Source of the DNA: Desulfosudaceae bacterium
GTDB taxonomy: Bacteria > Desulfobacterota > Desulfobacteria > Desulfobacterales > Desulfosudaceae
Length of the DNA: 64,000 nt
Direction of reading: 5' to 3'
NCBI GenBank assembly: GCA_963674745.2
Contig: CAXXDV010000001.1
Location: forward strand, 256,001-320,000
Shown: in pieces, positions 34,671-45,517 of the stretch
Layout: the number at the start of each line of letters is the position of its first letter
How positions within the stretch are numbered: the first letter of the stretch is position 1
Position numbers and translations under genes: made by a program
Notes under the pieces: generated by a model
The model's database searches: none
Seen by the model: the letters and a program-made list of their open reading frames with translations, nothing else
What the model was told of the DNA's origin: nothing

Positions 34671-37088
34671 TCAGGCAGGCAACTGTGCTGAAAATGCCTC
34701 GATGAGCCTGCCAGCGATCTCGCTGTGAATCCGGTTGACGAATTTGTCTTTCAGTGTTGCGTCCTGCGAACGATATACAACCCTGAAGGAGAGACTCTTT
34801 TTTCCGGCCGGTATGTTCCCCCCCTCATAAACATCGAGCACCTCAATATTTTCTATCAGATTTCCCCCGTCTTCTTCAAGAAAATTCAAAATCCGCTGTG
34901 CTTCGACGGTCAAATCGACAATAACCGTAATATCCCTTGAGACCGACGGGAATCTGGATAACCGGCCGGCCTCAAGCAGGTCGGACAACAACGGCACCAC
35001 CGCCGACATGTTCAGTTCAAAGACAAAGGCCGGCTTTTTTAGATCAAATTTTTCCAGCAGCCCGGCGGCCACCTCTCCGACCATCCCCACTTCCACACCG
35101 GAAACGTCGACCCGCGCCGTATATCCCGGCCGGGTAATAAGACAACGTTCTTTCGGCATGGCGGTAAAACCGCACGTCGGCGCGCCGAGTTCTTTCAACA
35201 GAGACTCCAGAGCGCCCTTGATGTCAAAAAAGTCACACGGTTCTTCAGGCAAATGCCACGATTTTCGCCTGACGGCCCCGGCCATCAAGGCGGTGATCAT
35301 TTCCGGCTCCTCGGGCAGGTCTTCATCAGCGTTGTTTTTCCAGAACACCCGCCCGGTTTCGAACAGCTTCATATCACTGATCTGTTGTGACAGGTTATGC
35401 CGCATGGTTGAAAGAAGCCCCGGGATCAATGACGTCCGCATGACCGATTGATCGGCCGCCAGGGGATTTAAAATATTAATCGGTTCAACCGGCCCGGCCG
35501 TATTGAGTACGTCCATCCGCTCACAGGCCGTTTCACTGATAAAAGCGTAAGACACGATCTCCGAAAAGCCGAACCCCCTCATCGCCCCCCGGAAACGCTG
35601 CCGCCAGTCGAACATCAAGGCCGGATTGCCGCTGTCGCCGCTGATGACGGGAAAGGTAACCGGTATCTTGTTATATCCCCAGAGCCGGGCGACCTCTTCC
35701 GAGATATCCTCCGGCCGTTCCACGTCCACCCGGAAAGAAGGGACCGTAATCGACATCAGGTCATCATCCGTTTTATCGACACCAAATCCCACAGACCCTA
35801 GAAGATCGGACATTTCATTAATATTAAGGCCGGTGCCCAGCCGTCGATTGATGGCGTCAACGCTGACCGTTATGTTTTTTTCTTCGGCCGGCCGGGGATG
35901 GTTGTCAATCACGCCTTTGGCCATCGTTCCGCCCGCGATCTCGACCATCAGCTGCGTGGCCCGATCAGCCGCCAAAAGGGTCCCCAGCGGGTCCACACCC
36001 CGTTCAAAACGATGGGCGGCATCACTGCCAAGGCCCAGGAGCTTGGCCGTTTTTCGAATACTGGTGGGATTAAAGCAGGCGCTTTCAAGCAGAACGCGGG
36101 TAGTCTGTTCGGTGATCTCGGAATTCATGCCGCCCATGACACCGCCCACGGCAACCGGTTTTTGGGCATCACAGATCATCAGCATGTCCGAAGAGAGCGG
36201 CCGCTCCTTTTCGTCCAGCGTTACAAAAGATGAAACGGAACCGGCCCGCTGGACCACAATCCGGTTCTCAGCCAGCCGGTCAAGGTCAAAGGCATGCAAC
36301 GGCTGCCCGGTTTCCATCATCACAAAATTGGTAATATCAACAATGTTATTGATGGGCTTCAGGCCGACCGACAGCAAACGATCCTTCAACCAGAACGGCG
36401 ATTCAGCAACCTTTATATCCAGCACCACCCGGGCGACATAGCGCGTGCACAGTTCCGGGTCCTTGATCTCAACCGACGAGTAGTCGCTGATATTATCGAC
36501 GCCTTCGGGCAGTTCAAATTCGGGTAAAGTCAGTTTCTGACCGGTAAAACCGGCCACCTCCCGCGCCACCCCGATAATGCTGAGGCAATCGGGACGATTC
36601 GGGGTCAGGTCGATTTCCAGCACCCAATCGGACAAAGACAAGGCCTCGGCCAGCGGTGTCCCGGGGTTTACGGCTTGTTGAATTTCCATAATCCCGTCGC
36701 TGTCCGGACCAACGGCCAACTCGACTGCGCTGCAAAGCATGCCCCGGGACACAACCCCCCGGATCTTGCTTTTCTTGATCGTCATGCCGTTGGGCAGAAC
36801 AAAACCGGGCCGCACCAGCGCGGTCAGCATGTCTTTCTTGACGTTCGGCGCCCCGCAAACCACGGCGACCTCCCCGTCCCCGGCATCTACCCGGCAAACC
36901 GTCAGATGATCGGCGTCAGGATGGGCATCGACGCTGATGACTTTGCCGACAACGGCACCGTCCAGATACGCGAATCGATCAAAAACCCCGTCGACCTCGA
37001 GCCCGGCCATGGTCAGGGCATCGGCTATCTCGGACACGGGCAGAGAAACCGGCACATATTGATTTAACCAGCTTAAACTGACTTGCAT
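34671..37088 (-). CDS. pheT: Phenylalanyl-tRNA synthetase beta subunit
   Basis: DLTPNRPDCLS, RFERGVD, C-terminal anticodon-binding domain. Confidence 0.98.
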   Translation of the reverse strand: MQVSLSWLNQYVPVSLPVSEIADALTMAGLEVDGVFDRFAYLDGAVVGKVISVDAHPDADHLTVCRVDAGDGEVAVVCGAPNVKKDMLTALVRPGFVLPNGMTIKKSKIRGVVSRGMLCSAVELAVGPDSDGIMEIQQAVNPGTPLAEALSLSDWVLEIDLTPNRPDCLSIIGVAREVAGFTGQKLTLPEFELPEGVDNISDYSSVEIKDPELCTRYVARVVLDIKVAESPFWLKDRLLSVGLKPINNIVDITNFVMMETGQPLHAFDLDRLAENRIVVQRAGSVSSFVTLDEKERPLSSDMLMICDAQKPVAVGGVMGGMNSEITEQTTRVLLESACFNPTSIRKTAKLLGLGSDAAHRFERGVDPLGTLLAADRATQLMVEIAGGTMAKGVIDNHPRPAEEKNITVSVDAINRRLGTGLNINEMSDLLGSVGFGVDKTDDDLMSITVPSFRVDVERPEDISEEVARLWGYNKIPVTFPVISGDSGNPALMFDWRQRFRGAMRGFGFSEIVSYAFISETACERMDVLNTAGPVEPINILNPLAADQSVMRTSLIPGLLSTMRHNLSQQISDMKLFETGRVFWKNNADEDLPEEPEMITALMAGAVRRKSWHLPEEPCDFFDIKGALESLLKELGAPTCGFTAMPKERCLITRPGYTARVDVSGVEVGMVGEVAAGLLEKFDLKKPAFVFELNMSAVVPLLSDLLEAGRLSRFPSVSRDITVIVDLTVEAQRILNFLEEDGGNLIENIEVLDVYEGGNIPAGKKSLSFRVVYRSQDATLKDKFVNRIHSEIAGRLIEAFSAQLPA

Positions 37089-37089
37089 A

Positions 37090-38094
37090 TCAAAACTGCC
37101 TTAAAAACCTTATATCGTTCTCAAAAAACTTCCGGGTATCGTCAATATTGTACTTCAGCATGGCAATGCGCTCCACCCCCATTCCAAAGGCAAACCCCGT
37201 GTATTTTGACGTGTCATAGCCGATATTTTCAAACACGGCCGGATGGACCATACCGGCACCGAGAATTTCCAGCCAGCCCGTTTGGGAACAGATCCGGCAG
37301 CCCCTGCCCTTACAGGCGACACAACGGATATCGACTTCGGCACTCGGCTCGGTAAAAGGAAAATAACTGGGGCGGAACCGCAGGGCGGTTTCCTTGCTGA
37401 ACATTTTATGAACAAACACCGTGAGCGTACCCTTGAGATCTCCAAAAGAGACATTCCGGTCGACCATCAGACCTTCGACCTGATGAAACATCGGCGTGTG
37501 CGTCACATCAGAGTCACACCGGAAAACCTTGCCGGGAGCAAGAATACGAACAGGGGGAGACTGCTTTTCCATGGCCCTGGGTTGCGATGGTGATGTGTGC
37601 GTCCTTAAAACAACATTATCGGAAATGTAGAAGGTGTCCTGCATGTCCCTGGCAGGGTGGTGTTTGGGAATATTCAGGGCCTCGAAATTATAATAATCTG
37701 ATTCGATCTCCGGGCCTTCGACAATATCAAAGCCCATTTTCGAAAAGATATCACATATCTGTCGGGTAATACGGGTGATGGGATGGAGGGTGCCCCTTTC
37801 AAAGCAGCGCCCCGGAAGAGACACGTCGATAGCCCCGCCGGCCTCTTTTTCCGCCGACAACGCCGCCTGGGCGTCGGCTATGCGGTCTTTTAAAAAAACT
37901 TTTACTTCATTGGCCTGTTGGCCGGCTAAAGGTCTTTCTTCAACGGGCAGGTCGGAGATACTTCTTAAAAAACGTGTCACCACGCCCTTCCTGCCCAGAT
38001 ATTTTACAGACACCGCTTCAAGACGCTCCACATCACCGGCATCCAATATGTCGTTTAAAGCCCTCGCCTTTATCTCATCAATTGATTCTGCCAC
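37090..38094 (-). CDS. pheS: Phenylalanyl-tRNA synthetase alpha subunit
   Basis: HHPARDMQDTF, RPSYFPFTEPS, GFAFGMG. Confidence 0.98.
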   Translation of the reverse strand: MAESIDEIKARALNDILDAGDVERLEAVSVKYLGRKGVVTRFLRSISDLPVEERPLAGQQANEVKVFLKDRIADAQAALSAEKEAGGAIDVSLPGRCFERGTLHPITRITRQICDIFSKMGFDIVEGPEIESDYYNFEALNIPKHHPARDMQDTFYISDNVVLRTHTSPSQPRAMEKQSPPVRILAPGKVFRCDSDVTHTPMFHQVEGLMVDRNVSFGDLKGTLTVFVHKMFSKETALRFRPSYFPFTEPSAEVDIRCVACKGRGCRICSQTGWLEILGAGMVHPAVFENIGYDTSKYTGFAFGMGVERIAMLKYNIDDTRKFFENDIRFLRQF

Positions 38095-38223
38095 TTGTCA
38101 TCAAGCCTGTTTGCCAACACAAATTCTTTTGATCGCAGGGCCAAAAATGTTTCTGGTCCACCTCTTAATTTAATTGGGAAAAACGGTCTCCAGACCCGGG
38201 GAAAATGCTGCCTGCCAGCCGGA

Positions 38224-38574
38224 TCAGGCGTTCTCGGCGGCCAGGCCGACAACCTTGGCGAAACCGGTAGGATCCGAAATGGCCAGCTCGGCCAGCACTT
38301 TACGGTCCAGTTCCACACCTGCTTTTTTAAGGCCGCTCATGAACCGGCTGTAGGTCATGTCATGCATCCGCACGGCCGCGTTGATCCGGACAATCCAGAT
38401 CCGCCGGAGTTCCCGCTTGCGCTGTTTTCTGTCACGATAGGCATAGGCCAGAGCCCTGTCGACCGTGCTGGCGGCAGTCCGAAACAGCTTGCTGTGTCCG
38501 CCGCGAAAACCTCTGGCCAGTTTTAATACCTTTTTTCTTCTTCTTCGGGCTTTAAAGCCTCTCTTCACTCGCAT
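38224..38574 (-). CDS. rplT: 50S ribosomal protein L20
   Basis: [23 protein letters not shown]. Confidence 0.98.
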   Translation of the reverse strand: MRVKRGFKARRRRKKVLKLARGFRGGHSKLFRTAASTVDRALAYAYRDRKQRKRELRRIWIVRINAAVRMHDMTYSRFMSGLKKAGVELDRKVLAELAISDPTGFAKVVGLAAENA

Positions 38575-38663
38575 AATACGCCTCCTGATACAACTCCGCC
38601 GCCATCAAACGACGGAATAAGAATAAACGAATCAAAGCTGTCGCAAAACAGCCGCCGGCAGGA

Positions 38664-38861
38664 TTACATCCCGGGCAACAGTCTTTTCAACGCCTTGGTA
38701 TTGGTTGTGTCACAAATATGTGATTTTCTCAACGACCGTTTACGTTTACGTGTCTTTTTGGTCAGAATGTGGCTGCCATGTGATTTAGAATAGACAAACT
38801 TGCCGGTTTTGGTGCGTTTAAAACGCTTGGCAGCAGCCCGGTTGGTTTTTATTTTCGGCAT
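38664..38861 (-). CDS. rpmI: 50S ribosomal protein L35
   Basis: [14 protein letters not shown]. Confidence 0.98.
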   Translation of the reverse strand: MPKIKTNRAAAKRFKRTKTGKFVYSKSHGSHILTKKTRKRKRSLRKSHICDTTNTKALKRLLPGM

Positions 38862-38994
38862 TACGGTACTCCTCTTTAATCTTTAAAAATTTATAATATC
38901 ATTTAACGGCTTAACACAGATACCCGGCAGGCGCCTTTCCCTGCCCTTTAAACCCATCATTTACAACCAATACAAAGTATCAAGCCGGCTCCTG

Positions 38995-39516
38995 TCAGGA
39001 CTTCGGGGCCAGTATCATAAAAAGATGCCGCCCTTCAAATTTAGGAGCGAATTCAACATTAGAGATATCTTCAACTTCCTCGGCTATCTGTTCCAGCAGG
39101 GCCTCGCCCTTTTCCGAAAGGGCGATTTCTCTACCCCGGAAAAAAACACTGACCTTGACCTTATCCTTACGCTCCAAAAACCGCCTGATCGACCTGATTT
39201 TTGTGTCCAGATCGTGTCTGTCGGTTTTGGGGCTGACCTTGACCTCTTTAAGGTGAACGATTACCTGCTTTTTCTTGGCCTCCTGCTGTTTTTTGGCCTG
39301 CTCATATTTATACCGCCCGTAATCCATGATTTTGCATACCGGCGGATCAGCGTGAGGTGACACTTCAACCAGATCCAGGCTTGCCTCGGCTGCTTCGGCA
39401 AGGGCTTGCTGTATGGATAAAATACCCAGCTGATCTCCAGTCGCGCTGATCACCCGTACTTCCTTTGCCTTGATGTCACTGTTGACATTGGTCCGTTGCT
39501 GTTTTGACTTAGCTAT
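38995..39516 (-). CDS. infC: Translation initiation factor IF-3 (probable ATA start)
   Basis: DLVEVSP..PPVCKIMDYG, FRGRE; the frame extends 21 codons past the GTG to an ATA preceded by AAGGAGG. Confidence 0.95.
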   Translation of the reverse strand: MAKSKQQRTNVNSDIKAKEVRVISATGDQLGILSIQQALAEAAEASLDLVEVSPHADPPVCKIMDYGRYKYEQAKKQQEAKKKQVIVHLKEVKVSPKTDRHDLDTKIRSIRRFLERKDKVKVSVFFRGREIALSEKGEALLEQIAEEVEDISNVEFAPKFEGRHLFMILAPKS

Positions 39517-39818
39517 GCCTGCCTCCTTATTTTAATGTTATCATCTCTTAAGCAAACAACAATTCTGCCAGTCGAAGCCTATCTTACTAACTAAATTTTT
39601 TTGTTTTATAAAAATACAAACCCAAAAGCAAGAAAAATATGATTCACCCCCTTGATTTTAACCCAAAAAAGAACAACTATAGAATCAAAGCCGTCAGGTC
39701 GCCCGAAATACGGCGATCTGTTTTTTCTTGCCTTTTAGACGACACGGGTTATATTTTAAAACCAGCAATCACAAAAGCCATCTTTCGATCTGAATAAAAT
39801 AATCAAAAGGAGTTTTTT

Positions 39819-41723
39819 TTGAACAACCAGTTTACAAAAAATATGGCCTTATGGCTTGTCATCATTCTGATGATGGTAATGCTCTATAATATTTTCAATC
39901 AGCCCAATAACAGGGAGAACCCCATTGCCTACACCGAATTCCTGACCCAGGTGGAAAGCAACAGCATCAAGAAAGTCATTATACAGGGGCGGAATCTTTA
40001 CGCCACCAGCGTCAGCGGCGAAAAATTCAAGGTATATACACCGGAGGACGACGAACTGATCAAAATCCTCCGGGAAAAAAATATTTCCATCGAAGCGCAG
40101 CCGCCGGCCGAAGCCCCCTGGTTCATGTCGGCCCTGATATCATGGCTGCCGATGATTCTGCTGATCGGCATCTGGGTCTATTTTATGCGGCAGATGCAGG
40201 CCGGCGGCGGCAAAGCACTGTCATTTGGTAAAAGCAGGGCCCGCCTTCTGTCTGACGAATCCAACAAGGTGACGTTTGACGATGTCGCCGGGATCGATGA
40301 GGCGAAAGAAGAAGTTGGTGAAATAATTGAGTTTTTAAGGGACCCCAAAAAATTCACCCGTCTGGGTGGTCGCATCCCCAAAGGCGTTTTACTGGTAGGG
40401 TCACCCGGTACCGGCAAAACCCTCCTGGCCCGTGCGATTGCCGGCGAGGCCGGGGTGCCTTTTTTCAGCATCAGCGGTTCGGACTTTGTGGAAATGTTTG
40501 TCGGCGTGGGTGCTTCCCGTGTCAGGGACCTTTTCGTTCAAGGGAAAAAAAATGCCCCCTGTATCATCTATATTGATGAAATTGACGCCGTAGGAAGGCA
40601 CCGGGGTGCCGGCCTTGGCGGTGGGCATGATGAAAGAGAACAGACATTAAACCAGCTTCTGGTGGAAATGGATGGCTTCGAGTCCAACGAAGGCGTCATT
40701 CTGATATCTTCAACCAACCGGCCGGATGTACTCGACCCCGCACTTTTGCGGCCGGGTCGGTTTGACCGCCAGGTGGTGGTTCCGCTCCCCGATATCAGGG
40801 GCCGCCGGGCCATCCTTGACGTTTATATTAAAAAAATCCCCGCTGCGCCGGATATCAGCATCATCAATCTGGCCAAAGGGACCCCGGGCTTTTCGGGCGC
40901 CGACCTGGAGAACCTGGTCAATGAAGCCGCCCTGTATGCCGCCAAACGGAACCAGGAACAGGTCACCATGAAAGATTTTGAAGATGCCAAAGATAAAGTG
41001 TACATGGGCCTGGAGCGGAAATCAAAAGTCATCCGCGAAGAAGACCGCAAGATTACGGCTTATCATGAAAGCGGGCACGCTTTGGTGGCCCGGATGCTGC
41101 CGGATACGGACGCCGTCAACAAGGTCACCATTATTCCCCGGGGTCGCGCCGCCGGGGTCACCTGGTTTCTGCCCGAAGAGCGGGATTTTAAATTCAAGGA
41201 TCAACTTGAAAGTGAACTGGCCATATCCCTGGGCGGCAGAGTGGCGGAAGAAATTATTTTTAACCGCGTCAGCACGGGAGCGGCCAACGACATCATGCAG
41301 GCCACGGAACTGGCCCAAAAGATGGTCCGCAACTGGGGCATGAGCGAAAAACTGGGACTGTTGTCCTACTCCAAAAATGATGAACAGATTTTTCTGGGCC
41401 GGGAAATCGCCCAGCACAGAGACTATTCTGAAGCCACCGCCCAGAAAATCGACGAGGAAATCGAGCGCCTCATCAAGGAAAGCCATTCCAAAGCCAGGGC
41501 TATTCTTAACGAGAACCTGGACATTCTTCATAAATTATCGGCGTTACTGCTTGAACAGGAGACCGTCCTTGGCGCCGAACTGGATGATCTGATCCGTTCC
41601 ATGCGGCCCGGCATCCAGCTCTCTGTTCCGGAAGCAGACGACCCCCCGGATGTTGAAGCGCCGGCCGAAGGCGCACCTGAGGCGCCCGGCCCATCTGCTG
41701 AAAATCAAACAAGCGCTGAATAA
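39819..41723 (+). CDS. ftsH: ATP-dependent zinc metalloprotease FtsH
   Basis: Two TM segments, [13 protein letters not shown]. Confidence 0.98.
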   Translation: MNNQFTKNMALWLVIILMMVMLYNIFNQPNNRENPIAYTEFLTQVESNSIKKVIIQGRNLYATSVSGEKFKVYTPEDDELIKILREKNISIEAQPPAEAPWFMSALISWLPMILLIGIWVYFMRQMQAGGGKALSFGKSRARLLSDESNKVTFDDVAGIDEAKEEVGEIIEFLRDPKKFTRLGGRIPKGVLLVGSPGTGKTLLARAIAGEAGVPFFSISGSDFVEMFVGVGASRVRDLFVQGKKNAPCIIYIDEIDAVGRHRGAGLGGGHDEREQTLNQLLVEMDGFESNEGVILISSTNRPDVLDPALLRPGRFDRQVVVPLPDIRGRRAILDVYIKKIPAAPDISIINLAKGTPGFSGADLENLVNEAALYAAKRNQEQVTMKDFEDAKDKVYMGLERKSKVIREEDRKITAYHESGHALVARMLPDTDAVNKVTIIPRGRAAGVTWFLPEERDFKFKDQLESELAISLGGRVAEEIIFNRVSTGAANDIMQATELAQKMVRNWGMSEKLGLLSYSKNDEQIFLGREIAQHRDYSEATAQKIDEEIERLIKESHSKARAILNENLDILHKLSALLLEQETVLGAELDDLIRSMRPGIQLSVPEADDPPDVEAPAEGAPEAPGPSAENQTSAE

Positions 41724-41731
41724 AATAACGT

Positions 41732-42604
41732 ATGAAACCTTACACGCTGAACTGGGGCGACCATTCCCTTGAACTGGGGAAACGTGCCCTGATAATGGGA
41801 ATATTGAACACCACGCCGGACTCATTTTCCGATGGCGGCAGATTTGAAACCTTCTCCGACGCCATAACCCATGCCCGGCAAATGATCGCCGACGGTGCCG
41901 ACCTGATTGATATCGGCGGAGAATCCACCCGCCCTTTTTCCGATCCGGTATCCGAAACAATGGAGATAAAACGAACCATACCCGTCATCAAACAACTTGT
42001 GCAGGAGACGGGTATCCCGCTGTCCATTGACACCAACAAAGCGGCTGTGGCCGAAGCCGCCCTGGCGGCAGGCGCGTCCATCATCAACGACATCAGCGCC
42101 CTGCGCAATGACCCGAAAATGGCATCACTGGCGGCCGAGACCGGCGTTCCCGTCATTCTCATGCATATGCAGGGGACACCCAAAACCATGCAACAGGAAC
42201 CGACGTATAAAAACGTTACGGCGGAAGTAATGGCCTTTTTAGAATCAGCCGCGGCCGAAGCAGAAGCGCAAGGCATATCTCCATCAAAAATTTTCATCGA
42301 CCCGGGCATTGGCTTCGGTAAAACAACCGACCATAACCTGACCCTGATAAAACATTTATCCCGCTTTCAATCCCTTGGCTTGCCCGTTGTGATCGGCACG
42401 TCAAGAAAAGCCTTCATCCGTAAAATCCTGGCCGGAAAATCAGCAGAACCGATTGCACCCCATATGCCGGTCGTGGAAACCGGTACCCAGGCCACGGTGG
42501 CCGCATCGATTCTGGCCGGCGCCCATATCATCCGTGTACATGACGTGGCCGGCGCAGTCGCCGTTGCTAAGATAACCGAAGCGATCAAAACCGCACCGGA
42601 TTAA
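41732..42604 (+). CDS. folP: Dihydropteroate synthase
   Basis: GILNTTPDSFSDGG, DPGIGFGK, RVHDV. Confidence 0.97.
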   Translation: MKPYTLNWGDHSLELGKRALIMGILNTTPDSFSDGGRFETFSDAITHARQMIADGADLIDIGGESTRPFSDPVSETMEIKRTIPVIKQLVQETGIPLSIDTNKAAVAEAALAAGASIINDISALRNDPKMASLAAETGVPVILMHMQGTPKTMQQEPTYKNVTAEVMAFLESAAAEAEAQGISPSKIFIDPGIGFGKTTDHNLTLIKHLSRFQSLGLPVVIGTSRKAFIRKILAGKSAEPIAPHMPVVETGTQATVAASILAGAHIIRVHDVAGAVAVAKITEAIKTAPD

Positions 42605-42633
42605 CCAACATCCATATATACAAGGAGTTCACC

Positions 42634-43401
42634 GTGCTGCTCGTCATCGATATCGGCAATACCAACACTGTCCTGGGACTTTTCAAGGGGAACACGCTGG
42701 TGTGTGACTGGCGTATCCGGACCGAAAAAGATACCACAGCCGACGAACTGGGCGTGCTTGTGGCGCACCTGTTCACCGCCGCAGAAGTATCACTGACCGA
42801 TGTTGAAAAAACGGTCATCTCCTCCGTCGTGCCGCCGGTCGACCGGATATATGATGCCTTCTGCACAAAATACCTGAAGCATAGGCCCCGCTGGATAGAT
42901 GCCCTCGCCGCCCAGGAGATACGTATAGACTATCTCAATCCATCGGAGATCGGCGCGGACCGGATCGTCAATGCCGTGGCGGCTTACAAAAAATACAAAA
43001 CCGCCCTGATTGTCATCGATTTCGGCACGGCCATTACCTTTGACCTGATATCCGCCGAAGGGGTCTATACCGGCGGTATTATTTCACCCGGTATCGCCAT
43101 CGCCGCCGAAGCCCTGTTTCAGAAAGCTTCCAAGCTGCCCCGGGTCGACTTGTTAACGCCGCCGGAAAATCTGGTCGGGCATGATACGGAAAGTGCCATA
43201 AAATCCGGTATTATTTTCGGTTATGCCGGGCTTGTGGACGGAATTGTTGGTCGCATTAAATCAGAAAAAGGGGGGGGGCAATGGAAAGTCATTGCAACCG
43301 GTGGGCTGGCAACACTGATCGCGGATGTGTCGGAAACGATTGAATGCGTTGAACCGAATCTCACCCTGGAGGGGTTGCGAATCATCGGCACGGACGCCTG
43401 A
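42634..43401 (+). CDS. coaX: Type III pantothenate kinase
   Basis: IDIGNTN, GADR, DFGTA. Confidence 0.95.
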   Translation: MLLVIDIGNTNTVLGLFKGNTLVCDWRIRTEKDTTADELGVLVAHLFTAAEVSLTDVEKTVISSVVPPVDRIYDAFCTKYLKHRPRWIDALAAQEIRIDYLNPSEIGADRIVNAVAAYKKYKTALIVIDFGTAITFDLISAEGVYTGGIISPGIAIAAEALFQKASKLPRVDLLTPPENLVGHDTESAIKSGIIFGYAGLVDGIVGRIKSEKGGGQWKVIATGGLATLIADVSETIECVEPNLTLEGLRIIGTDA

Positions 43402-43410
43402 GCAAGGCGG

Positions 43411-43572
43411 TCACTCCATATCCATTTCTCTGGTCAACCGGTCAAGGGTTTCACTGATTTGCTTTTTTTCCTCTTCAGACAAATCAGCCCGGGACAACTG
43501 TCGCCGCAGGTTAAGCAACATCATCTCTTCCCGGTATTCCTTACAGGTATATCGACCTCCCGTATTTTTCAT
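43411..43572 (-). CDS. Small hypothetical helical protein (53 aa), absent from the ORF track
   Basis: MKNTGGRYTCKEYREEMMLLNLRRQLSRADLSEEEKKQISETLDRLTREMDME; fills the gap at the end of the pilT run. Confidence 0.6.
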   Translation of the reverse strand: MKNTGGRYTCKEYREEMMLLNLRRQLSRADLSEEEKKQISETLDRLTREMDME

Positions 43573-43612
43573 CGATCCGCTCTTATCATCATCCGACAGC
43601 GCCGGCGGCGAG

Positions 43613-44284
43613 TTAAATCATGCCCAGTGCTTTTTGTTCTTCCATATAAATGCGATAAAACTGGTCGTGATCCGTCAGGGCACGCTTTAATATTTTTTCA
43701 AAGTGCTCAACATCATTAACGTTGACGATCAATTCAACACTTCTTTCAAAACTGGTCATGGCGTCCATGGTTTTAAAACGTTTGGTCAGCAAAACCACGA
43801 AAATCTTACGCCGGGTTTTCATCTTCAGCCGTTCAAGATAAATAAGCACCCCGTTGGAATCCGGCGACCGCGAAGAGAAAGACTCGTTGACCACAATCAG
43901 ATCATAGTCATGGTAACGCATTTTTTTAAGGGCGTCCCGGGTATCAGCGGTTTCGGAAATATGGTACTCCATAAAATCAAGCACCTCCTTGACCTTATTC
44001 TTAATACCGCCGTCGGCCTCACATATCAGAGCGGTTTCGCCTTCTTCTTCAATAAAATCAAATGGTTTTTCCGAGGCGTCGTACGTGCTTTCATCCGGCC
44101 TTTCATCAAAGCCGAAAGCACCGCCGCCACCGAATGATGGGGCGGATGATGGCTCAGGTGCGGGGCCGGTTACAGAAATCTTGTTTTTACACTTGGGGCA
44201 TTTAACCACCGCACTTTTTCCCGCGGGAAGCTTCTCATCCGGAATTTTAAAACTGCCGCCACATTGGTCGCAACTGATATCCAT
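43613..44284 (-). CDS. Zinc-ribbon (MJ0042-type) protein with a receiver-like C-terminal domain
   Basis: CDQC...F.IPDEKLP...CPKC; C-terminal alpha/beta region ALICE..YDLIVVNE. Confidence 0.75.
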   Translation of the reverse strand: MDISCDQCGGSFKIPDEKLPAGKSAVVKCPKCKNKISVTGPAPEPSSAPSFGGGGAFGFDERPDESTYDASEKPFDFIEEEGETALICEADGGIKNKVKEVLDFMEYHISETADTRDALKKMRYHDYDLIVVNESFSSRSPDSNGVLIYLERLKMKTRRKIFVVLLTKRFKTMDAMTSFERSVELIVNVNDVEHFEKILKRALTDHDQFYRIYMEEQKALGMI

Positions 44285-44321
44285 TTGAATGCCTGTGCCT
44301 TTTTTTGAATTAATCTGCCGT

Positions 44322-45485
44322 TTAAGCTTTCTCGATCTTGGTGGCCATCTCCAACCGTTCTATTTCCGTCGTGGCTTCACCTCGAGCACTTTTTACACCA
44401 TCAATGCCTCTGCCCACGATTCCTTTGCGGGAGGCATACATTCTGGCTGTTTCTTCGGTAATCAGCCCCTCGGCGAAAAGCGTTACGATATAGTCATCAA
44501 AAGTCGTCATGCCGAAGGGCTTACCCTGCTGGATCATTTCATAAAAAGTCCGCCCCTCACCTTCACCGTTAAGAATGGCATCCTTGACACGCAGGTTGGC
44601 GCCCATGATCTCAAAAGCGGCGATTCTGCCGCCTCCGATTTTGGGCAGAAGTCGCTGGCAGACCGCCCACCGGAATGTTTCCGCCAGACGGATCCGGATC
44701 TGATGCTCCTCATCTACATCAAACATACCCATAATACGATTGATGGTGGACCCGGCATCAACGGTATGGAGCGTTGTAAAAACCAGATGGCCGGTTTCTG
44801 CGGCCCGCAATCCGATTTCGATGGATTCTTTGTCCCGCATTTCGCCCACCAGAATCACCTTGGGTGCCTGCCTCAAGGCCGCCCGCAGTCCGTTGCTGAA
44901 GTTGTCAAAATCCGTTCCCATCTCCCGCTGGTTAAAGGTGGCTTTTTTATGGGGGTGCTGATATTCAACCGGATCTTCCAGGGTAATGACATGCACCGAT
45001 TTATTGGCATTGATGTTATCCAGGATGGCGGCCAGAGACGTGGTTTTACCTGTTCCGGTGGCACCGGTAAAAAACACAATACCGTTTTTCTCCAGGGCGA
45101 TATTGTAAAAAACCTCCGGCAGGTTCATATCATCGATGGTCGGAATCGTCGACTCAAGACGCCGCAGGACAATGGAGTACTGGCCTGACTGCTGGAAAAT
45201 ATTCACCCTGAACCGGGCTTTCCCGGGAAGGCTGTAGGAAAGGTCGCATGAGCCGGTAGACAAAAGCGTTTCCGTCAACCGGCGGTCATGGTCGATCAAT
45301 GACAGTGCAAATGTTTCCGTCTGAAACGGTGTCAGGGTCTTTAAACCGTAACCGATATCCACATGGATAAGTTCTCCCGAGCTTTCCACCTGAAAGGGCT
45401 TACCGGCTGTCAGGTTAAGATCCGACACGTTTTCATAGGAATCAAGCAACTTGGTTAATACATGATCTATTTCTGTCCGTTGCAT
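44322..45485 (-). CDS. PilT/PilU-family type IV pilus retraction ATPase
   Basis: GATGTGKTT, TLEDPVE, ALRQAP, GEMRD, GHLVFTTLH. Confidence 0.9.
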   Translation of the reverse strand: MQRTEIDHVLTKLLDSYENVSDLNLTAGKPFQVESSGELIHVDIGYGLKTLTPFQTETFALSLIDHDRRLTETLLSTGSCDLSYSLPGKARFRVNIFQQSGQYSIVLRRLESTIPTIDDMNLPEVFYNIALEKNGIVFFTGATGTGKTTSLAAILDNINANKSVHVITLEDPVEYQHPHKKATFNQREMGTDFDNFSNGLRAALRQAPKVILVGEMRDKESIEIGLRAAETGHLVFTTLHTVDAGSTINRIMGMFDVDEEHQIRIRLAETFRWAVCQRLLPKIGGGRIAAFEIMGANLRVKDAILNGEGEGRTFYEMIQQGKPFGMTTFDDYIVTLFAEGLITEETARMYASRKGIVGRGIDGVKSARGEATTEIERLEMATKIEKA

Positions 45486-45517
45486 AACAAACCACCCCTC
45501 ACCGCTTGTCCATGTTC

